This document shows positions 27,046 to 34,430 of a DNA stretch of 64,000 nt, piece after piece. The stretch comes from Acidimicrobiia bacterium (GTDB lineage: Bacteria; Actinomycetota; Acidimicrobiia; Spongiisociales; UBA5794), in assembly GCA_030065575.1 (NCBI GenBank), contig JASJDZ010000001.1, forward strand, positions 209,884 to 273,883, read 5' to 3'. Below the pieces are notes generated by a model. The model was not told the DNA's origin. It ran no database searches and saw only the letters and a program-made list of their open reading frames with translations. The number at the start of each line of letters is the position of its first letter. The first letter of the stretch is position 1. The position numbers were made by a program, and so were the translations under genes.

Positions 27046-28439
27046 GTGGAAATCGCGTCTGTCGAGTCGGGGTCCTCGTCCTGATGGGAGTCCTGCTCAC
27101 GGCCTCCCCGGTGCGAGCCGACGACGGAGGATTTGCCGAGACATTCGACGATACGGGCCTCGCCGGCTGGGAGCAGCAGGGTGACACGATCGTCGAAGCC
27201 GGCATTCTCAAGATGTCGCCACCGTCGATGGTTACGAGGCCCGGTACGTGGTCTGGAATATCGCTGACAGTGGAACTCCGCCTCGATGCTGAGGGATTCG
27301 CGGTAATCGACTACATGGTCACGGAGGGGCAGCACTACTCCCTGACCGTGCTGTCGGAGCAGGTGTTCCTGGAGCAGGTAACCGAGGACGATCAGGTACG
27401 CCTGTGGGAGACAACCGATTCCACCGTCACGGATGATTGGAGCACGGTGACGATCGGATTCGACGGCACCGACCACACGGTGACAATCAACGACAGCCTC
27501 CTGGCCACGGTCGCAGACTCGAACCCACTGGCAGCCGGCGGGGTCAGGCTTCACATCCCTGCCGGATCTCTCGTCGAGTTCGACGAGGTGACACTCGTGG
27601 CTCAGTCAGGTGACGCTGGCGAATTGGGTGAAACCGCCCCTGAACCCGCCGAGGAGATGACCCCAATCCCGGGGGAGGAGATGCCGCCCGGAGAGCAGGA
27701 CACCCCTCCGGTCGAGGGGCAAACCGGCGCGGTCGCCGACCCGGCGAGCGAGACCACGACCGACACGGGGTTCTTCAGCGACTTCTTCGCCACACAGCCG
27801 AACAACGTCGAACTCAGAACCTTTGCTGTCAATCTCGGCCTCGCTGCGATCGTCGCCTACATCCTGAGTCTGGCCTACATCCATTGGGGGGCCTCCCTAT
27901 CCAACCGAAGGGTCTTTGCCGCCAACTTCATGTTGCTGACGTTGACGACGACCTCCATCATCCTGGTCGTCCGTTCGTCGGTTGCCCTATCGCTCGGTCT
28001 CGTCGGCGCACTGTCCATCGTGCGTTTCCGGGCTGCAATCAAGGAACCGGAGGAGTTGGCCTACCTGTTCCTCGCCATCGGCCTCGGTATTGGCCTCGGT
28101 GACAACCAGCGTCTGGTGGTGTTGCTGACTCTCGTTGTTGCGATCGTGGTGATCGGCCTCATGAAGTTGTTCCGCAACCCCACCGCCGATCCCAATCTGC
28201 ACCTGGCGGTTGCCTCCAACGCGCCCAACAAGGTCGGTCTCGAGGACATCACAAACGTGCTCGACCAGCATTGCTCGCAGGTGAAGCTGCTTCGCTTCGA
28301 TGAGGATCCTGACACGCTGGAGACATCGTTTCTTGTCGAGTTCAAGCGAGTCTCCGATGTCGGCCAGACGAACGCCGCACTGCAAGCTCTATCTCCCGGG
28401 ATGCAGGTAACACTGCTCGACAACAGGGGAATCTGGTAG
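27042..28439 (+). CDS. secreted jelly-roll (DUF1080/LamG-like) domain + acidic Pro/Glu linker + DUF4956 membrane domain protein
   Basis: GTG overlaps the CotH stop, with RBS GGAGGA. Signal peptide 'VLVLMGVLLTASPVRADD'. DUF4956 hallmark 'LGLVGALSIVRFRAAIKEPEELAYLFLAIGLGIGLG'. Confidence 0.8.
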   Translation: MSGNRVCRVGVLVLMGVLLTASPVRADDGGFAETFDDTGLAGWEQQGDTIVEAGILKMSPPSMVTRPGTWSGISLTVELRLDAEGFAVIDYMVTEGQHYSLTVLSEQVFLEQVTEDDQVRLWETTDSTVTDDWSTVTIGFDGTDHTVTINDSLLATVADSNPLAAGGVRLHIPAGSLVEFDEVTLVAQSGDAGELGETAPEPAEEMTPIPGEEMPPGEQDTPPVEGQTGAVADPASETTTDTGFFSDFFATQPNNVELRTFAVNLGLAAIVAYILSLAYIHWGASLSNRRVFAANFMLLTLTTTSIILVVRSSVALSLGLVGALSIVRFRAAIKEPEELAYLFLAIGLGIGLGDNQRLVVLLTLVVAIVVIGLMKLFRNPTADPNLHLAVASNAPNKVGLEDITNVLDQHCSQVKLLRFDEDPDTLETSFLVEFKRVSDVGQTNAALQALSPGMQVTLLDNRGIW

Positions 28440-28446
28440 GCACGCC

Positions 28447-29121
28447 ATGGCCAGTTACCGGTACGAGCGGAAGTTCCTCGTAGACCAGCTCGACGAGCAC
28501 CAGGTGATGGGGCTGATCCGGCGCCACCCGGCGATGTTCTATCAGCCCTACCCGCCCCGGATCAACAACAACTTCTATATGGACACGGCCGACATGGTGC
28601 ACTACCACGACAACGTCATCGGCTCTGCCGACCGACGAAAGGTGCGGATCCGCTGGTACGGATCGTTGACGGGCCTCGCGGCAGAGCCGGTGCTCGAGTT
28701 CAAGATCAAGCGCGGATTGGTGGGTACCAAGCGCCAGTATCGAGTTCCCGGCTTCACGGTAGGGCGCGGGTTCAAGACGAAGGAGGTGATGCGAGGGATC
28801 CTCGGAGGGGACCTTCCCCCCGAAGTCAGGAGTTCACTGAGAACGGTGAACATCGTGCTGATGAACAACTACCACCGCCGCTACTTCGTCTCGCGAGACG
28901 GGCGGTTCCGGCTCACCCTCGACACCAAGATGGCCTACTACCGAATTGCGGAAACGAGCAACTGGATGGCCCATAGGCAATCCGACCAACGCAACGTGAT
29001 CCTGGAACTCAAGTACGGAATCGAGGACGACGCAGCCGCTTCTAAAGTGTCCACCTTCTTCCCCTTCCGCATCACCAAGAGCTCTAAGTACGTGCAGGGA
29101 ATAGAGCGGGTGTATATGTAG
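28447..29121 (+). CDS. VTC-domain (CYTH-like polyphosphate polymerase domain) protein
   Basis: 'YRYERKFLV' N-terminal CYTH/VTC signature and 'RKVRIRWYG'. 224 aa, 8 nt after the upstream stop. Confidence 0.75.
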   Translation: MASYRYERKFLVDQLDEHQVMGLIRRHPAMFYQPYPPRINNNFYMDTADMVHYHDNVIGSADRRKVRIRWYGSLTGLAAEPVLEFKIKRGLVGTKRQYRVPGFTVGRGFKTKEVMRGILGGDLPPEVRSSLRTVNIVLMNNYHRRYFVSRDGRFRLTLDTKMAYYRIAETSNWMAHRQSDQRNVILELKYGIEDDAAASKVSTFFPFRITKSSKYVQGIERVYM

Positions 29122-29166
29122 GTCGACGATCGGGGGGACCCGGCGAGGAAAGTTAGTGTCGGGTAC

Positions 29167-30354
29167 ATGGATGACACTTCGGTCACCGAGATAGCGGCGT
29201 TGTGCAGCCGGGTACTGCGCCGGAACTGGCGTGAGGGTGAAGAGAACGGGCGGCACTACGGGTTCACCGCCCCCAGCCCCGGCCACTATCCCTGGCAGTG
29301 GTACTGGGACTCGGGGTTCCATGCCATCGTCTGGCGTCGACTCGATCCCGACCGATCGCGACTGGAGCTCGAAACGCTCCTCGACAGCTCCCAAGAAGGG
29401 TTCATCGGACATACGTCCTTCCTCGGGCGCCCGCTCGACCTGGAGCGGGCAAGTCGATACAACGTTGCCACCCGCCACGCCCCTACCACGAGCACGATCC
29501 AGCCGCCTCTGCTCGCCTGGGCCTGGTCGATTGCGGTCGGCGACCCCACCGCAGAAGCGCGCATCTCGGAGCATCACGAATGGCTGCGCTCTCACCGTGA
29601 CCTCGAGGGGGACAATCTGTTGTGGCTGATCCAGCCAGATGAATCCGGGATGGATGCCTCGCCGAAGTTCGATCATGTTTGGGACCGCCGTGCGCACGGT
29701 CGTTGGCCGTTTCCGCTGCTCATTCACGGCAACCGCCGACGCGGTTTCGATGCCCGTCGCATTGCCGCAGAGCGGCGCCCGGTCGTGTGCGAGGTGGTGA
29801 CCAACGTTCTTTGGTCGCTGTCCGAGCAGGCGATGGGTAACCCCTCACCGACGCCATCCCTGGTGGATCGGCTCTGGAAGGATGATCTGGGCCGATTCGT
29901 TGACGACGTGCGATCCCCAGCACGTTCGATCGACGCTGCGGATATCCCGCTCACCTGGGACACCCTTGCCCCGCTGGCTCTTCCCGACCTCCCTGACGAG
30001 ATAGGTCACCGGCTCGTGCGGGAGATTCTGCTCCACCCGGATGAGTTCTGGGGTGGCGTACCGCTGCCATCTGTGGCACTCAACGACCCAACCCATACCT
30101 CCCGCGAGTTCTTCTGGGGCCGACGACGCATTTGGCGCGGTCCTAGCTGGGTCAACGCGGCCTGGTTCGTTTGGATGGGTCTCAATCGGCTCGGATACGC
30201 ACAGGAGGCAGGTGAGCTGCGGGATCGTCTGGTTTCTGTCGTGCTGCGAGAGGGACTTCGCGAGTACTACGACGCCCACACCGGAAGCGGCATGGGTGCC
30301 CAGGACTTCGGCTGGTCGGCTCTCGTATGGGAGATGGTGGACCCAGTGGGCTGA
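29167..30354 (+). CDS. (alpha/alpha)6-barrel glycoside hydrolase (GH63/MGH1/trehalase-like)
   Basis: 'YPWQWYWDSGFHAIVW', 'RGPSWVNAAWFVWMGL' and 'EYYDAHTGSGMGAQDFGWSA' are typical blocks of this superfamily. Confidence 0.7.
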   Translation: MDDTSVTEIAALCSRVLRRNWREGEENGRHYGFTAPSPGHYPWQWYWDSGFHAIVWRRLDPDRSRLELETLLDSSQEGFIGHTSFLGRPLDLERASRYNVATRHAPTTSTIQPPLLAWAWSIAVGDPTAEARISEHHEWLRSHRDLEGDNLLWLIQPDESGMDASPKFDHVWDRRAHGRWPFPLLIHGNRRRGFDARRIAAERRPVVCEVVTNVLWSLSEQAMGNPSPTPSLVDRLWKDDLGRFVDDVRSPARSIDAADIPLTWDTLAPLALPDLPDEIGHRLVREILLHPDEFWGGVPLPSVALNDPTHTSREFFWGRRRIWRGPSWVNAAWFVWMGLNRLGYAQEAGELRDRLVSVVLREGLREYYDAHTGSGMGAQDFGWSALVWEMVDPVG

Positions 30355-30364
30355 TGCCGCTCCC

Positions 30365-31516
30365 TCACCCGACCTGCCACGGGTCGATGACGACCTTGAC
30401 CGCGTCCTCCTCCATCGACTTGGCGATCGCAGCCGCCGTCTCGCTGAGACCGAAGCGGTGGGTAACGAAGTCCCGTAGACCCGACGCATCGCGGGCCATC
30501 TGCCGCATCCCTGGGAGGTAGCCAGAGGCCTCCTGGCCGGAGACCCCGATGACCCGTATGCCTTTGCTCACCAGGTGCCGGTTGGGGAAGATCTCGACAG
30601 GTCCCAGGTCGCTGAAGTTACCGACCATCACTGCCAGCCCACCCGGCCGGGTCGCATCGAAGACCGTGGGCACCACCTCAGGAACCCCGGCCGCCTCCAC
30701 CACCACATCGCCGCCACCGTCTGTCATCTCGAGTAACTCCGCAGACAACTCCGCTTGGCTCATACCCCGGTTGCCTACCGTCATCGTTGCACCGAGGGTC
30801 AGGGCGAACTCGAGACGGCCCCCGAGCAGATCCACGGCGATGATCTCGCCCGCTCCCAACATCCGCGCCTTGACAATGTGGAGCAGCCCGAGCGGTCCGC
30901 ACCCGATGACAATCACGGTGTCGTCGAACAGGAATGACTCCCCCGGCACCGCCGACATCTGCCGCGCCCGGTCTAGACCAACCGTGACCGCAAACACCTC
31001 AGCGAGCACTGCGATCTCATCTGGCACATCGTCGGGAACCTTGAAGAAGTAGGTACCGGGGAGGGTGTGCATGTACTGCGACCATCCACCGAGGAGATGG
31101 GGCGGCTCGGCGCAGGTCATGGTGTTGCCGTAGTCGCGGATGTTCTCGCACAGGGTGTACGGCCCGCGTCTGACGCACGCCCGGCAGTGGCCGCACACCA
31201 GGTTGGGCCCGACCACTACACGATCGCCCGGTTGGAGAAGGGTCCCGGCATAGTCCCGAATGGGGCCATTCGCCTTGACCAACTCGCCGACGATTTCGTG
31301 CCCCTGGATGATCGGGAACGGCGTTTCGCTCGGGTTCGACAGTCCGGTGTACTGACCGGTGTAGCCCTGATAGGTGTGCTTGTCGGTGCCACAAATGCCA
31401 CAAAGGTTCACCTTGACAATGGCTTCTCCCGCCTCGACCAGGTCCCCGATGGGGTAATCGCGCACCTCATACTCACAAGGTGCCGTGAGCACTGCCGCGA
31501 GACTCATTCCATCCAT
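30365..31516 (-). CDS. zinc-dependent alcohol dehydrogenase (MDR family)
   Basis: 'CGICGTDKH', 'GHEIVGE', the structural-zinc Cys cluster 'CGHCRACVRRGPYTLC' and the Rossmann motif 'GCGPLG'. Confidence 0.85.
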   Translation of the reverse strand: MDGMSLAAVLTAPCEYEVRDYPIGDLVEAGEAIVKVNLCGICGTDKHTYQGYTGQYTGLSNPSETPFPIIQGHEIVGELVKANGPIRDYAGTLLQPGDRVVVGPNLVCGHCRACVRRGPYTLCENIRDYGNTMTCAEPPHLLGGWSQYMHTLPGTYFFKVPDDVPDEIAVLAEVFAVTVGLDRARQMSAVPGESFLFDDTVIVIGCGPLGLLHIVKARMLGAGEIIAVDLLGGRLEFALTLGATMTVGNRGMSQAELSAELLEMTDGGGDVVVEAAGVPEVVPTVFDATRPGGLAVMVGNFSDLGPVEIFPNRHLVSKGIRVIGVSGQEASGYLPGMRQMARDASGLRDFVTHRFGLSETAAAIAKSMEEDAVKVVIDPWQVG

Positions 31517-31582
31517 CAGTCTCTCCGTTGTCGACCGAGCAGACCATCAACATGATTGCACCTGGACGGGTCGCCCCGGAGA

Positions 31583-33097
31583 TCAGCCGGCAAGCGCTAC
31601 GAAGACGAAGGCAGCCACCCCTCCTGCGATCAGGTACCCGAGCGCGACCCATAGGGTCGCTCGGAGTATCGAGCCTTCGTTGCCCGTTTCGCCAACCACC
31701 GCCGCGGCTGCGATCACGTTATGTGGGGCGATCATGTTCCCGGCAGCCGCCCCAAATCCCTGTACTCCAACCAGTGGCAGGATCGGTGCCTCCAGGGTTT
31801 GTGCGGTTGCCACCTGGAAGTCGGTGAAGAGAATGTTGGAGGCGGTGGCCGACCCGGTGATGAAGGTTCCGAGAGCTCCCACGATCGCAGCAAAGGCCGG
31901 CCACGAGTCTCCGGCAGCGCTGGATGCGGCTTGAGCCAGGGTGTCGATCATGCCGGCAGCAACCATGACACGGGAGAGCCCGAGCATGGCGACCAGGGCG
32001 ACGACGACCGGGCCGATCTGGCCCAATGCGCGCTGCAGGGCGGTAGTAGCCCCTCGTAGAGAGCCCTGCTGGATCAGTGCGCCCATCAACAGCCCTCCAA
32101 AGAGGAGTGTGCCCGGGTGGTAGAGAGGAGCGAACGAGCCCGAGAAACCGCCCGCGAGCTCCCACTTGATCTCGATCTCCTGGAGGAAATCGGACAGTCC
32201 GGGAACGAGGCGGGTGGTAAGAACAAGACCGACAACGCTGAGATATGGGGCGGCGGCCCACAGGGCAGTGTGATCCTCACGAGGGGCTGATGACTTCTCG
32301 GCCGGGCTCCTGCGGCGCATCAGCCACACGAACCCAAGCCCGCCCAGCAGCGCTCCACCGAGGGTGGGCAGCTCCGGCCCGATGGCCCAGGCGAGTCCCA
32401 TGTATGGGATGAGGAACAGGGCAGCGGCGGCAACCGCAGCCGGAATCGCCGACCGGCTCCGATCCCCCGGGGCCGAGCCCCGGCTTGCCAGCACTACGAC
32501 GGCCACAGCCAGCGCCACTCCGAGCAGGGCGTGGTAGGGAGCAGTGGCCCGGGAGATCTCGAGGGCGGTGAACTCTGTGGCGGCAACCTGGGGGACGATC
32601 GGGGTACCTATTGCGCCAAAGGACACTCCGGCAGCATGACCGACCAGCGCCAGGATCACAGCCTGGCTCGGGGCGAAGCCAGCGCCTACCAGGAAGGGAG
32701 CCGCAAGGGCCGCAGAGGTGCCGAACCCAGCTGCGCCTTCCATGAACAGAGCGAAGAACCAGGCGACGAGGAGCGCAAGGATCCGAGGATCACCGGTCAC
32801 CCGTCCCAGGGCACGTTCGAGAATGCCGATGCCTCCCGATGCCACCTGAATCTGGTGTATGGCCAGGGCCGGGATGATGATCCACAGGATTGCAGCCGCT
32901 GTGAACAGGGCTTCCGCCAGGGCACCGGTGGTTGCCGCCCCGCTGCCTACCTGCGCGGCTAGCGACTCCCGGAATGGTCCCCACGCCAGGACCAATGAGA
33001 CTGCCAAGCCGGCCACACCGGCGCGTGCGGCCGGCCAGCGCAGAGCCAGCATCAGGACGAGTATCAGCAGGATGGGAAGAACAGCGAGGAATGTCAT
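31583..33097 (-). CDS. lctP: L-lactate permease family transporter
   Basis: 504 aa, polytopic. The 'EGAAGFGTSAALAAPFLVGAGF...FGAIGTPI' block is typical of the LctP family. Confidence 0.8.
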   Translation of the reverse strand: MTFLAVLPILLILVLMLALRWPAARAGVAGLAVSLVLAWGPFRESLAAQVGSGAATTGALAEALFTAAAILWIIIPALAIHQIQVASGGIGILERALGRVTGDPRILALLVAWFFALFMEGAAGFGTSAALAAPFLVGAGFAPSQAVILALVGHAAGVSFGAIGTPIVPQVAATEFTALEISRATAPYHALLGVALAVAVVVLASRGSAPGDRSRSAIPAAVAAAALFLIPYMGLAWAIGPELPTLGGALLGGLGFVWLMRRRSPAEKSSAPREDHTALWAAAPYLSVVGLVLTTRLVPGLSDFLQEIEIKWELAGGFSGSFAPLYHPGTLLFGGLLMGALIQQGSLRGATTALQRALGQIGPVVVALVAMLGLSRVMVAAGMIDTLAQAASSAAGDSWPAFAAIVGALGTFITGSATASNILFTDFQVATAQTLEAPILPLVGVQGFGAAAGNMIAPHNVIAAAAVVGETGNEGSILRATLWVALGYLIAGGVAAFVFVALAG

Positions 33098-33252
33098 GGG
33101 CGGACGAACTCGTTAGGCAACGCGTCTCGGCGCCTGGATCATACGCCGATGAGGGATACCGCAGCGGGCTGCGGATCAGTGAATCCACCATTTCTTCGTA
33201 GCTCACATTCCATCCGGACGCTCCCGGTGCAGTTGCAGCAACTGAACAGCGT

Positions 33253-33279
33253 GAAGCCCCCTGCAGTGCAGGGGGCTTC
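33253..33279 (-). terminator. GC-rich hairpin terminator
   Basis: GAAGCCCCCTG-CAGTG-CAGGGGGCTTC, downstream of the minus-strand gene ending at 33348. Confidence 0.65.
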
Positions 33280-33347
33280 GCAGCTTCCAAGGGCATAATC
33301 TCGACCCGCAGCCACTGATTCCCGTTTGCGATGGCGACGACTCGACG

Positions 33348-33899
33348 CTACCGACCGAACCAGATGACCTTGGAGAACTTGAGCCCATCCTGAGTCGGGA
33401 CAATCGACGTCACCAGAAGGCCATCCACGCCCTCAACCTGACCTCGCATCGCCGCTCGTAGCGTCGATTCACCGACGACAATCACGGCATCGGTGTTGAT
33501 TGCCTCCAAGGGACCTATGCCCTCATATGCCCTACCGATGACCTCCGCTCCACGAGTCTCAATGCCAACACCATCGACATGCAGTGCCGCCGGCATGAAC
33601 AACGATGCAACGGTCTCAGCGTCCGGATCTGCGATTGCGGCGATGAAATCGTCGTACAGGGCTCGCACTTCAGCCTGCTGCGGGTGACTGGTGGAGGCAA
33701 TCTCGGCAGCCGCGGTCTCGGCTGCTTCGAGCTGGCTCTCGAGGTCGCTGACGGTGCTGCGCTCGCCGAGCCACAAGGAGCCAAGCGCCACAACCGCAAT
33801 TGCGAGAAGGGCCACGGCGACCAACAACCACGAATTCCTGTCTGCTGATCGGGGTGGTGTTTCGGTGCTCTGCACCTTTTCCATCGTCTGCATGGTCAT
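33348..33899 (-). CDS. single-pass membrane protein with extracytoplasmic SnoaL/NTF2-like domain
   Basis: Internal start 'MTMQTMEK'. TM 'WLLVAVALLAIAVVALGSLWL'. 'VRALYDDFIAAIADPDAETVASLF' SnoaL-like start. Confidence 0.6.
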   Translation of the reverse strand: MTMQTMEKVQSTETPPRSADRNSWLLVAVALLAIAVVALGSLWLGERSTVSDLESQLEAAETAAAEIASTSHPQQAEVRALYDDFIAAIADPDAETVASLFMPAALHVDGVGIETRGAEVIGRAYEGIGPLEAINTDAVIVVGESTLRAAMRGQVEGVDGLLVTSIVPTQDGLKFSKVIWFGR

Positions 33900-33949
33900 C
33901 TTCCTCTCAATCTGCGGGACTGCTCCAATCCCGATGTCTTGACGTTCTC

Positions 33950-34345
33950 CTACTGCGGTTGTGGCGGAGTGGTGGCGGGGTGTGTGGCGATTCCGACGAG
34001 TGAGCCAGAGAGCCACCACCTCGGGCGGGTCACGTCACGGGATCCGATCAGCGACCCGCCGACACCGAGGAACCGGCCGGTGCCTCCGACGATGGCGAGC
34101 GTCACCACACCTACGGTGTCCAGGCGATAGGTCCCGTAGAGAGCATTGCTCTTGCTGTCGACGATGGTCACCCAGCCACGCGAGGCGGACGATCCGGCAG
34201 TTGCGACAAGGGTGAACGCACCAACCGAGCCCAACTCTCCGCGCACTGCCTCATCGCCAAACACCCCCTCCAGCCATCCCGACGTCGCAACCGCGTGGTC
34301 CCAGGGGACGTCCGTTCCATCCGTGGCATCCCGGTTGTCGCTCAT
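33950..34345 (-). CDS. hypothetical protein
   Basis: 131-aa ORF divergent from the SARP gene. No recognisable motif. Confidence 0.4.
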   Translation of the reverse strand: MSDNRDATDGTDVPWDHAVATSGWLEGVFGDEAVRGELGSVGAFTLVATAGSSASRGWVTIVDSKSNALYGTYRLDTVGVVTLAIVGGTGRFLGVGGSLIGSRDVTRPRWWLSGSLVGIATHPATTPPQPQ

Positions 34346-34430
34346 GCGGAGATCGTCGGAGGCCTTGGTGGTGGTCGAGTTGTCGACGAGTTGTGGTCGC
34401 TACCGTCGTCCAATTCGATACGATGTCCGT

